In this document: positions 1-12,172 of the stretch, piece after piece
Numbering within the stretch: the first letter of the stretch is position 1
Layout of the letters: every line of letters starts with the position of its first letter
DNA from: Eledone cirrhosa
Taxonomy: Eukaryota
Length of the DNA stretch: 64,000 nucleotides
Direction: 5' to 3'
NCBI GenBank assembly: GCA_964016885.1
Contig: OZ024742.1
Span: forward strand, 92,132,001-92,196,000
Made by a program: the position numbers and the translations under genes
Notes under the pieces: model-generated
The model's input: only the letters and a program-made list of their open reading frames with translations
Told to the model about the DNA's origin: nothing
Databases searched by the model: none

Positions 1-623
1 TTATAAAATAATTTTTTTTAAGAACTATTCTTTTGGGATTTTGTGAAGAAAATAAATTTGTTGAAAGCACAAGTGAAGCCATTTTTTCTTCCCCCCTGTC
101 TATATATATGTAGTCGAGGAATCTAGGAGCAGTTTAGGTATGATACATTTTATTACCAATTATATCTAAATGTTTCTTCTCTCTTCATAATGTATTTTTA
201 ACTCTGATACTGGTTCAGTCTAATTCAACCGGATTGGTCTGTCCTAGTCATTCATTGAGCAACATCGGTAAGGTTGGCACCATTAACTCACGGTTGGGTG
301 TGGATGCATTCATGTATATGTGTGTGTCCGCATGTATCTGTGTGTTTCTAAATATATTGTTTATAACTCCCTCTGGTCGAGTAATCTTTGAAGTGTGATG
401 ACTGCTGGAAAGCTTCCATTACTCATACATCTCGCCTCCTTCACCACCTCTTCTACGGCTTCGATATAAATACCCCCTCCGCCTCCGTGGTATTTTCTTC
501 GGGGTTATAAGAGGCTTAGCTCTGTTTCTCGACCGTTATATCGCGTGATTATCTCCCCCTCCGCCTTTTGGGATTCTTTCTCACGTAGTGTAGACGCGTT
601 CTTGAAGCTAGTAAAATGAGGTA

Positions 624-713
624 TCCTCTTGATAAGTCGGCAGACCTCGCAAAGACTCTATATCTTTATGATGTATTGTTTTTGTTTATGCCACGAAACT
701 ACGTAGTCGAGGA
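624..713 (+). ncRNA. Type I hammerhead ribozyme, U3-A8 core variant (copy 1)
   Basis: Stem I tcctc(624-628)/gagga(709-713); core TTGATAA; stem II closed by gt(c)ggca/tgccac around a long insert; GAAA at 695; palindromic stem III ACTACGTAGT; predicted cleavage after GUC at 708. Confidence 0.8.
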
Positions 714-1216
714 GTCTAGGAGCAGTTTAGGTATGATACATTTTATTACCAATTATATCTAAATGTTTCTTCTCTCTTCATAATGTATTTTTAACTCTGA
801 TACTGGTTCAGTCTAATTCAACCGGATTGGTCTGTCCCAGTCATTCATTGAGCAACATCGGTAAGGTTGGCACCATTAACTCACGGTTGGGTGTGGATGC
901 ATTCATGTATATGTGTGTGTCCGCATGTATCTGTGTGTTTCTAAATATATTGTTCATAACTCCCTCTGGTCGAGTAATCTTTGAAGTGTGATGACTGCTG
1001 GAAAGCTGCCATTACTCATACTTCTCGCCTCCTTCACCACCTCTTCTACGGCTTCGATATAAATACCCCCTCCGCCTCCGTGGTATTTTCTTCGGGGTTA
1101 TAAGAGGCTTAGCTCTGTTTCTCGACCGTTATATCGCGTGACTATGTCCCCCTCCGCCTTTTGGGATTCTTTCTCACGTCGTGTAGACGCGTTCTTGAAG
1201 CTAGTAAAATGAGGTA

Positions 1217-1306
1217 TCCTCTTGATAAGTCGGCAGACCTCGCAAAGACTCTATATCTTTATGATGTATTGTTTTTGTTTATGCCACGAAACTACGTAGT
1301 CGAGGA
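1217..1306 (+). ncRNA. Type I hammerhead ribozyme, U3-A8 core variant (copy 2)
   Basis: Same motif as 624-713, shifted by 593 bp; predicted cleavage after C1301. Confidence 0.8.
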
Positions 1307-1375
1307 GTCTAGGAGCAGTTTAGGTATGATACATTTTATTACCAATTATATCTAAATGTTTCTTCTCTCTTCATA

Positions 1376-1451
<76 letters not shown>

Positions 1452-2010
1452 TGAATTGTTTATCATCTTTTCAATCTACAGGGAAATTCGTATTTTTCTG
1501 CCATGTTTACATGCCACCAGATTAGATATGTGAATATATTTATACAAGGTGGCACAATTTCTGTTACACACTCTGTATTTATACAGATATACCTTCATCA
1601 TATATGAAGATATATACGATATGTTTATGTATGAGTTTTAAGCTGTGCAGCGCATCTTCGTTACCATCCCCGGGGAAACTCCTTCTCCATTCTGTCCGCC
1701 GGGGCTGTGGGAAGGCCAGCATGTGGGACCCCATTTGTTCACCATACAGAGAGATGGGGAGGGCGAGAGAAATGCGGCGATGACAGTGGGAGTTCGACTC
1801 AGCGACGTTCGGACCATATCCTTATGGTTGTGTTTATTATTTATATAGAAAATACCAAGCTGATCATGACTATTGCCTGTGTACTGCTGCCACAACTATG
1901 TTTAGTGTAAGAAGACCAGGGACTAATGATGTTCACTCATTGGCTATTGAGAATAGAATATTCATGCGTATAAAAATGTTGGTGTATGCTCGAGCTGGGT
2001 GACATTAATT

Positions 2011-2200
2011 GCGGTGGCTTGGCAGTATCGGTAGAGGGTCGGACGCCATGCTTTGCAGCAAAGAGTTACGGCCCTTTACACTCTGAGTTCATATCCCGCC
2101 GAGGTTAACTTTACCTGTCATCCTTACGGGGGCGATAAAATAAAGTACCAGTAATGCACTGGAATAATTGCTGGCCTTGTGCCAAAAGTAGAAACAATTG
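2011..2200 (+). mobile_element. tRNA-derived SINE, major family (full length)
   Basis: A-box-like tggcagtatcgg, B-box-like gagttcatatc, central ...catccttacgggggcgataaaataaagtacc, tail ggccttgtgccaaaagtagaaacaatt. Roughly 25 related copies or fragments occur in the window. Confidence 0.85.
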
Positions 2201-4224
2201 ATTAGTAGTATCTGTAACACACGCTATGTTAGTGCTACAGCTTAGTAAGTAGATATAATATATGTCCGTCTAACTGAGTAACTTACTGACTATTCCAACA
2301 TGAAGTGGTTCTTCTGATCGGGAACCGTGTGTTAGTCTGGGCGTGTTGTTCACCACGATAAACAACATCTGTAGTTTATGGTGAACGCAGCAGAGACCGC
2401 TAGAGCTGTGTATGTGTATGCAATGAAGATGGTTAGATATTTAACGCCGCAGACTTGCTCAACAATGGACGCCATCTTCTCCCAGGTATGCGTACGATTC
2501 TCCCAAATTAAATTATTTCAACTTAGTTTTCTAAGATGACGAACCTAGTTTTGTTTTTGTGCTTCTTGCTCTGCACACACCAAGAATCTTACTAAGCCAA
2601 CACTCAGCCACGCCAAATTGTGACAGTTCATAACTCCATACAACCGTCTTCATCACTTTGGATATTTCCACTAAGTCACAACGTGTCAAAGATGTTTAGC
2701 GGTTTATTTAGCATCGGCCGCTGAAAATTATTATACATTCAATTTAATTATGGAGATTTGTATAAATCTATGATCCTATATGCTTAAGTAGTGCGTATTT
2801 CTGAGAACTGCACCCTGTGCGGCTGTCCAATTGACATTAGTGGTAGCACCGATTCTGTGTATTTGTGCTCTTTGTATATTGTAATTACCTGTATAATTGT
2901 AGTTTTTTTTTTTAAATTACTATGCGTAATCTGATTTGTTGTTGATGCCCCAAGTCAGTTCTGAGTTAACAAATCTATAGTCAAAGTTAGTCCAACAGAG
3001 GTGATCCTATCTTTTTGTATATCGATGACTACATTATCTAATATTTCATTCCCATTTCTTAGACGATAAGGTATGTATTCCTCGTGAGAAGGATCTAGCG
3101 GAATTTTGTCAAGGTAACAAAAAATAATGTTTGTTTTGATGCATTGTTCAGAAAAAAATGAACATCACAAGTTATGATCCACGACCATTTTCTCGTTCTA
3201 CTTCTATCTAATATATATGTTTTCACTAGGACTAAGTGTTGATGTTAAACCAAACGACAGATTAAGTCTACCAATCAAGAGAGCCACATCGGGATTTACA
3301 CTCAAAATGCAAAAAAATTGAAAATCATACCACAGTATATACCGCCCGTTATTTAAACTATATCACCAATCTATTACTCTAGACTGGTATTTTATTTATT
3401 GACTCCGAGAAGATGAAAAGCAAAGATGACTTCGGTGAAATTTGATCTCAGAACGCAAGGCGCTGAGCTGACCAGCCGCAGGTGTGAGCCTCGCGAGATG
3501 GAATGGCTCAACCATCCTCCGGAGAAACGCCTTCTCCAATCTGTCCGCCGGGACTGTGGGGCGTCCAGCACGTTGGACCCCATTTGCTCATAATACAGAG
3601 AGATTGGGAGGGTGAGAGAGATGGAGGTGATGACAGTGAGAGTTCGGCTCTTCTGTGTTCATTAGAACCACTTAGAATTTAGTTTGTATCTCATCAGATG
3701 ATATGATAAATGAACGAAAAAAAAATAACACAAAATTGAGACTGCTTCATGAGCAAAGTTTTCTACCCGTAGTCATCCAGTATCCGCTTCTTCCGGAATG
3801 GTAAGTAACAGAGTTCATATTTTTACTTCCAAATAACATGAGAAATAAATCAATTTCAAGCGGCAATCTAAATCAGCTTGCAGATCCATCAAGGCAGAAC
3901 GGCGGACAAAATGTCTCATGTATTTAATGTATTTAATTATGTTCGGCGTTCAATCTCACCGATATTAGCTTTGAATTTCTTTTTTCCAAGATTGATAAAA
4001 TAAAGTACTAGTCAAATGCTAGGTCGATGTAGAATTCTTATAATAAAACACCCAATAAATAAATGGAATTCTAATAAGAAGGGACAAATAAGCCATGAGG
4101 CATAATCCATGTATCTACCTTCTGATTTTCGAGGAACAAAGCTGCGAAGTAACTAAATTCGTGACATTAAATATCTTCCCAAACTCACTATCCAGATCGC
4201 TAAAAAAATACACATTAATATTGA

Positions 4225-5430
4225 TTTCTAGTATAGGCACAAGGCCAGTAATTTGGAGGGCGGGGGACAGTCGATTAAATCGACCCGAGTACGTTACTGG
4301 TGCTTTATTTTGTCGACCCCGTAAGGATGAAAGGCAAAGTTAATCTAGGTGGGATTTGAACTCAGACCGTAAAGGACCATAACTCTATTCTTCCTAATAT
4401 TGGCACACTACCAGCAATTTTGAGGGAAGAGGAAAATCAATTATATCGACCCGAGTACTTAACTACTACGTTGTGTTCTATCGACTCCCGAAGGATGAAC
4501 AACAAATTTGATTTCAGTGTGATTTGAACACAGAATGGAGAATAGTGTAGCTAAATACTGCAAAGTATTTTGTACGACGCTCTATCGATACTTGCCGTAT
4601 ACTTCGATTTTTCAGCTAATCAGCAATATGGTACGATGACTCGATAAACTAATTGACCAATCATAAATACCGTATTATGTGATTGCACTAAACAACTTAG
4701 CAATCGGTGTAGAGCGTTACCTTATCACTGCCCTACATATTGGTTCCTCAACACACTACAAAATAGGCGGCGATGTGGCAGAATCGATAGAAAGTCGAAT
4801 AGAATGTTTTGCGGTATTTATTCGGGCTCTTTGTGGTCTGAGTTCAAAACTTGTCGAGATCACTTTGCCTTTCATCCTTTCGAGTTCGCAAAAAGTACCA
4901 GTCCACTACTGGGATCAATTTTTCCTCTGTATCTTTTTCTCCTTTTTTATTTCTATCACTATCTGCCTCCTTCTCTGGAAGAAATTGGCGATGTCAAAAA
5001 CTGGAGAAGAGCGGATTGCGCCAGGCTTTAAAATGTTCCCAAAATGTATGTCAGTATTGCGCTCCTACGACTCTAACAGGAATTACGGATTCGTACATAC
5101 ATATATTAAGTGGGTGTATTGGGTGAGTCGTAAGGACGACGGATTAAAATACCTTGATATATATTCCAGCACACTGCGGTCTGAGTTCAAATCGCACTGG
5201 TGTCAACTTTGGCTTTGATTATTTTGAGATTGATATGGCGGTGGATTGGCAGTATCGGTAGGGGGTCGGACGCCATGCTTTGACGCATAGAGTTACGGCC
5301 CTTGCCATTCTGAGTTCAAATCCGGCCGAGGTTAACTTTGCCTTTCATCCTTACGGGGTCGATAAAATAAAGTACCAGTAATGCACTGTATATTTGCTGG
5401 CCTTGTGCCAAAAAGTAGAAACAATTATTT
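4225..5430. mobile_element. Cluster of major-family SINE copies (4225-4600 minus; 4765-4915, 5110-5230 and 5237-5430 plus)
   Basis: Matches to the same consensus. The copy at 5237 is flanked by the direct repeat attattttgagattgatat (TSD). Confidence 0.8.
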
Positions 5431-5989
5431 TGAGATTGATATATAAAATACAACTTAGTACTGGACTCGATTTTCTGTCTCCTCTGGAAGAAATCGGTTG
5501 CATTCAAACATGAAGAGGGATGGGTTCCGCCAGGTCCCAAGACACGCCGTATGCCAGGACGGCGTCTTTACGACTCCATCAAGAATTTATAGTCAATTAT
5601 CTTACACACATACATCATAATACAAAATGTTTAGCTACCAACTTATATATTTATTATATAATTTTTCATCTATTTATTTTCCGTTTCTCCAAGGTGATTA
5701 AAGGTGATTTACTCAAACACCAAGAATATAATTATTACATATAATCTGATCGGTCAGCAGATGGCGGAAAGGTCATCCAGCCAGCTTGCTAGCTAGCCTG
5801 AAATATAAATAGTGTTCATATATATCACTGCTAAACCACTGACACTATTTTCTTGTTCTATACACTCTCGTCATGTAAATATTAGTGACTTAATACATGA
5901 ATACAATGAACGCTTTATCTTTCTGCTTCGAATGTTATCGTATAGCCAATAAATCTTTCTTCTTCTCCCCTCTCTCACAATTTCAATTA

Positions 5990-5993
5990 TGTA

Positions 5994-6036
<43 letters not shown>

Positions 6037-6037
6037 G

Positions 6038-6100
<63 letters not shown>

Positions 6101-6179
6101 AAAATAATAATAATAATCTAATATATATATATATTAATATATATATATATATACATATATATGTATATATATATGTATG

Positions 6180-6266
<87 letters not shown>

Positions 6267-6350
6267 AAAATAATAATAATAATAAAATATATATATAAAT
6301 ATATTAATATATATATATATATAAACATATATATGTATATATATACGTAT
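5990..6350. repeat. Compound (TA)n microsatellite
   Basis: Long interrupted TA tracts, read directly. Confidence 0.95.
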
Positions 6351-7569
6351 GAGAGAGTGAGTGGTTTTGTATAGAAAGGATGTTAAAGAAAGCGTCAATC
6401 AAAATTATGTAAAACCCTATGGCAGTCAGGGTAGGGATGAGTGTATGGATGAACATGAGAGAGTGGGAGTAGATCTGTGAGCCTTATAACGTCAAATTCA
6501 TGCCTGAACATGATAAGAAGCAACAACCATAAACTCAAGCAATGCTATTACATAAGTTAACATTCTCTCACCCGTTCATGTAATGCATTTTTATTTTATT
6601 TTATCTTCTATCAAGCTATGCATATGCTATTATCTCTCCATTTTTCTCCTCGTGATATCTGTCAGGTTTTCTTAAAATGTATTTATCTTTAGTTCCAAAC
6701 CTGCTTGAAAACAATCTAATTCTGGAGAGCCTACGCTTAAAAGGTTAGCCTGACAATAATGTTTGTAAAAACCAGTCTCTCAAAACGATGATGTATTTCA
6801 TCCTTTCGTAAATAGCGAAAGGATGAAATACATTTTAACTTAAAACTTTTAACATAAAGTAGAATAACCTTCAACATCCAACATTTCGTTCTAGCTGTCT
6901 TTACATCTCCACATCTCATTTCTAAATACTTAATTTACTAATATTTAGTGTATCCATATCGTTATAAAAGGTCATGCCGACGCAGCATATTTAAGTTCTG
7001 TTTGCAATCATAAGGTTTTAGGCTCAGTCTCATTGCGTGGAATCTTGAGCAGATGTCATTTATCATAGCCTCAACGCGACCCTAACCTTATGGCTGAAGT
7101 TGGATATACGAAAACTGTTTAGAAGCCCGTTGGATGGATTGTACTTGTAATTCAAAGTTCCAGGCTTGTTACACACAGTGCCACGCCGAATCACCCTGAG
7201 AATCACATGAAGTGTACACGTGCCATTGATATGCCCAAACACTTGCACGCTAATTTCACGAGCAGACTCTTTGCTACTTTGATTGAACTACAGAAACACT
7301 CATTGTCGAAGCCGACGGAGATCCTTTGCATTTTATTCTGTATGTTTCTTTAGTTCCAAACTTGATTCTAAACATTCTATTTAGGGAGAAAGCCTACGCC
7401 TTATAAATGTCAAAATGACAATGATGTTTGCAGAAACCTGTCTCTTAGAAGAACAGTGTATATCACGATATCCCCATTTCACCACTTCATCGTAACATTT
7501 TAGTAGAAATAACCTTCAGCATCTACTATCTTGCTCTTATAAAAGATATAGATATCTTAACATCACATT

Positions 7570-7800
7570 TCCTCCTCCTCCTCCTTCTTCTTCTTCTTCT
7601 TCTTCTCCCCCCTCCTCATCCTCCTTCTTATTCTCACCCCCCCCCCCATCATCCTCCTCCGCCTCCTCCTTTTTCTTCTTCTTCTTCTTCTTCTTCTTCT
7701 TGAAAGAGTCGTGGAGGTGGCAGTGGTGGTAGGGGCCAGAGTCTTCAAGCACTCCTTCCAGTGGATCCTGTCAGAAGCAACAGTCTCCCGTTAATTCGGC
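7570..7800 (-). mobile_element. 3' end of RTE-like LINE with (AAG)n tail
   Basis: The reverse complement ggagactgttgcttctgacag...ctttcaagaagaag matches 21009-21080 and the region following the RTE-like ORF remnant at 59.7-60.1 kb. Confidence 0.6.
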
Positions 7801-9109
7801 TGGATTTCTAAGCGAGACCAACCGATTTTATGTAACTAGCGATTTTATGTAACTAGCAGGGTCTATCCCTGTGTCTCCTGCACGTTGGTTTTGCCCGTAA
7901 AATTTGTCTAGCAATTCTTTGGTAGTATGTCGGTAGTATCGGATCTGTGGTCTCTCAACTACACTGTTAAGAAAATAGGAATGACAGAAGTATTTGAATA
8001 AATGTCTTTAGTAACGCTTTAATTTTAAATCTCGTTGAAATTCACATTGACGTTTATGTTTCTAAGGTGGATAAAATGTACTGCAACAACCATGTACCGG
8101 AGTCACTCCAATCGACTATATTTATCCCAAAACTTTAGTATAATCTGGTACAGAAGGCTTTCAAACAGTTTCTGTGTATCTAACCTCACACACAATGTTA
8201 TGGTACCATATGGTTGCGAAGCTTTGCTGCGTCTTATCTAAGACAATTTAAAGTAAAGTTCTTGAAGGATCAAGATGGTGATTTATCGAAGAAATGTTAA
8301 TCAGACGAGTCTATTGGTGCCATGTATATGTGGGTTGCTGTTATATTGGAAAAAGCAAACTTCTTTTGAAAGGGTAAAAGACCCAAACTGATGATTTAGG
8401 TAAAAAAATATTAACCAGAAGAAATTACAACTAATGCCAGGGTTGATAAATGTTGGGGTCGGTTGCTTGTCCTTACAACAGAAATGTGACCTACTCCATT
8501 GTAAGAAAGAGAGGTAGAAGAATTTAAACTTATATGACGAAATAACACTTTCATGTACAACAACAATAGGAGTTAAGATGTGAAAACCATCTGTTCTTAA
8601 GGGGGCTTGGTAGACTGACACGAGATGTCCATTGTCTTATTTCTAGCATAAGCTACTAGACTCTCTGCATTTCTCTCTGTCTTTCTTTCCTTATATGTTT
8701 CTTGGGTTTTTTTCGTTCTTCATTTTGATTCCTTGTTTCCCTCCCACCCCCACCCAAACACACGTAAATTCCCGTTCATATCACTCCCCCATTCTCCTAT
8801 TTATTTCTCCTGCCGCCATTTTCATATCTTTCCGCTGTTTCCTTTTCTTTTCTATTTGCCATATATATAGATATGTGCGCGTGTGTTTGTATTCATGCAT
8901 GTTTGTATGTATGTTTATGTGTATGTATGAATGTATGTATGTATATCTCTCTCTCTCTCTCTCTCTATTTATCTCTTTCTCACTCTCTCTCTCTTTCTCT
9001 CTTTCTCTCTCTCTCTCTATATATATATAAACTGTATATATACAAACTGTAGAGTGCTTCTTATCCGATATCTGCATTGCTTTATTGTACTACAATAAAA
9101 CTCACCTCC

Positions 9110-9170
<61 letters not shown>

Positions 9171-9214
9171 GTGACGAAACATAAGTCACTTGCATGAACT
9201 CATAATCTTTATTT

Positions 9215-9270
9215 ACTACTATATATATTTCGATGATAGCCATTGAATGGCTATGACCTCATCAGGCAGT
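9215..9270 (-). ncRNA. Minimal type I hammerhead ribozyme
   Basis: Minus strand: actgc CTGATGA ggtcatagccattcaatggctatcatc GAAA TATATA TA gtagt. Stem I actgc/gtagt, hairpin stem II, palindromic stem III, canonical core; the insert lies between TA tracts. Confidence 0.75.
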
Positions 9271-9366
9271 TAATCATCGAAATATATATATATGGTGATT
9301 TATCGAAGAAATGTTAATCAGACGAGTCTATTGGTGCCATGTATATGTGGGTTGCTGTTATATTGG

Positions 9367-9490
9367 AAGGCGTGTGGCTGAGTGGTTAGAGAATTGGATT
9401 CGCAATCGTAAGGTTGTGAGTTCGATTCCTGGACCAGGCGATGTTTTATGTCCTTGAGCAAGACACTTTATTTCACGTTGCTCCTTCTAC
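9367..9490 (+). mobile_element. Second tRNA-derived SINE family (CORE-like body)
   Basis: tRNA-like head tggctgagtggttag...gagttcgattcc followed by tgtccttgagcaagacactttatttcacg. A related degenerate copy lies at ~47410-47490 (minus). Confidence 0.7.
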
Positions 9491-10104
9491 CTGGAGTTGC
9501 GACCGATAGATAGTATTAGCAATTGGAAAGACCAACGGAAACATTGTTCCCTCGGTCCGATTTGACGAAAGTCGATCGTCCTATATTATATATATATATA
9601 TATATATAACATCCATGCAGGTTGTTCCGTTGGTCAAACAACAGGAACACTCATCATCAGAACCGACGGAGGTCCAGACACTCCACCTACACACAATACT
9701 CATAACTGTGCAAGAATGAATTTGTGGTTTGCATACTCCATCGAAGATTATGCAATGGTGATAATGTTGAATTTGAAAATGGCGGTAATGGTACTGTTTA
9801 AATGTATATTTATTCATTATCAACCGAGGGGTCATTCCGATTGAAGAGCCATATAAGCGCCTGATTCAAATAGCCGGTTCATTCCTCTTTTTCTTCTTTC
9901 AAAGAATTCCATATATCCTTCAGTCTTGTGTGCAAGTGTGTGGATGTGTGTTTTGTGCTATGGGTGTGTGTGTGCAAATACTAAAAAACTACTAATTCAT
10001 CAATACAAATACAGCATTTGTAATCGCTAGACCTAATAGAAATAGCAGTCAAATTTCCTGTAATGCAAACCTTACCAGCATAAAAATGAAAGACACGAAT
10101 TAAA

Positions 10105-10290
10105 TAATTATTTCTACTTTGGCGCAAGGCCAGAAATTACACCAGTGCATTATTAGTTCTTTATTTATCGACCCCCGTAAACATGAAAGGCAAAGTTAAC
10201 CTCGGTGTGATTTAAAATTAGAACGTAAAGGGCCATAACTCTGTGTTGCAAAGCAAGGTATCTGATGCTCTATTGATACTGTCAATCGAC
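10105..10290 (-). mobile_element. Major-family SINE
   Basis: Reverse-complement match to the SINE consensus. Confidence 0.8.
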
Positions 10291-10840
10291 CGAATTAAAT
10301 CCAGTTTCTGTGGTGTAAATGGCTGAGGGCATTAGGTTTAGAAGTTGTAGTGACAGTGGTAAAGGTGACAGAAGATATCACCAAAGCAATGTGTTATCAT
10401 ATCATACCCGGTTTGACATGAGTTGAGAGCAAAATTATTTCTGAACAGGAAATTGTAATAACAAAGTTAATGAGTGATTAAGTCGTGAAATGAAGGGTGA
10501 CAGCTTAAGATATTGTATCCGTTTCATTAAATAGAACAAGCAGTTGTACACATACAATCTCATATACATTCACACGCACGCACACGCATTCACACGCACA
10601 CAGACACACACAGACACAGACACAAACAATTATATCTATATATGTGTGTGTGTGTGTGTGTGTAAAAAGTAAACAGAAATAACAAAGCAAACGACACATT
10701 ACAATGAAGAAATATATATTCTAGCACGAACTCGCTATCTTTTCAGTGGTGATGGTGATAATTGTGATAATGATCGTATTGGGATAGAACAAAAAGAACA
10801 ATCTACCCCAGCCACCCGCTTCTAACATTCGAAACTAAAA

Positions 10841-10876
<36 letters not shown>

Positions 10877-11827
10877 CCTGCAGGTAATGAAGTTGAGGTG
10901 GAGGAAAAAAGGCGTATGTGGTGTAAAAGATGAGAATTGAAAGGAAATTAAACGAACAGCAAGCAGAAGTAATAAATATATGATTGTATGTACGTATGTC
11001 TCTCTTTCTCTTAATTTCGAGTACATTTTTGACCGGTCACCTTCCTGGTGGCAAGGTTGTAAAAGAAAAGAAATTTTCATCCCTTGAATCCCAAGAATGT
11101 TTTGCAAATTTTGAAGGTGCCAACTATCGCAACCATTTGTAGTCTATGAATTAGGGAGTTGCGCTCTTTGTTCACAAATCCAAGTTCAGTTATACTTTGG
11201 TCCAAGCGGGTTGGTATATAACCTGTAGCTCCAATAATAATGGGTATAAAGCTGAAGGTGTATCTTGGATACTGGATATGCAAACTCCTCATCAATGGTC
11301 CGTAGATGTCCTCCCGTATGAATGAATGTATGTATGCAGGGGCGGTGGAACTGAGGGGGGGGGGGGGGGGGCACACCCCACCCAATAGTTATATTTTTTT
11401 CTCTCCAAACTACCAAAACACACATCTATTTGGATATGCGCTACAATTTATGTACATGTTATGTATATCGCATATCGAAGTGTTTTTATATCTTGGATAA
11501 TATTTGGGAGAGTGTAGTGGTGATTTATATATAGAGGGAGATTGGGAGAGATAGATATAGATATAGTTATAGAGATGGGGAGAGTTTGAGTGAGGGGGAT
11601 CGGAAGAGAATGTATATTAGATATAGAGAGGAAGAGAATTGACTGGTATTGGATAGAGTGAGATGGATAGAGAGAGAATGCCGTATGGTAGATATAGAGA
11701 GGGGAGTGGGAGAGTGTGTTGTATATTAGATATAGAGAGTGGGAGATTTTGGTGTTAATTCATATAGAGAGGAGGACTGGAAAAAGTTCCGTGTAGTAGA
11801 TATAGAGATGAGGAGAGTTTAGTAGTA

Positions 11828-12172
11828 CTCTCGGCTCCCAAATAATAGGAAAGGTTGGAACAAGCAGGGGGTGGATGTTTGCTTAAATTCTTATAAACCG
11901 GGGTGGGGAATCGGCAATTGTATAGTGTACTTTCATAAAAATGGGATTTCTTGTAATGTTCTTTTTTGTCATATATAATGTGTTTTTTTTTTTAATGTAA
12001 AATAAAATTATTATTAGATTCTCCAACTGCTGTATCAATATGAATCACTTACAATAAGATTTCGCAAAATGTAATAAGCGAGGGTGTTTGGAAAAAAAAC
12101 GGGGTGTGGCGGTTGGAAAAAACCTGAAAAATTAATAAGCGTGATGGGGGACGATTATTCAAGAGCTGAGAG
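11828..12172. mobile_element. TA-flanked MITE (Tc1/mariner-type ends)
   Basis: TIRs ctctcggctcccaaataat / attattcaagagctgagag, each flanked by TA. Confidence 0.6.

Larger units (their letters stand above)
110..1380 (+). mobile_element. 593-bp tandem array (2 full units + ~85 bp) inserted in (TA)n; retrozyme / Penelope-pLTR-like non-coding element
   Basis: 'gtagtcgagga' recurs at 110, 703 and 1296 (period 593). The units are nearly identical, both flanks are TA repeats, and each full unit carries a hammerhead fold. Confidence 0.85.

Noticed and set aside
4679-5218. 179-aa ORF with a hydrophobic segment
   Set aside because: It runs through SINE remnants and a T-rich tract, consistent with a chance ORF.
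5871-6398. Many ORFs made of YI/HT/CV/LS/RE repeats throughout the window
   Set aside because: These are translations of dinucleotide and tetranucleotide microsatellites with no coding evidence.
6680-7570. Old diverged duplication (about 6680-6900 vs 7340-7570)
   Set aside because: Highly decayed, with no ORF or structure; uninformative.
9367-9440. Possible tRNA gene
   Set aside because: No intact cloverleaf, and it continues into a SINE body; the same applies to the other A/B-box hits.
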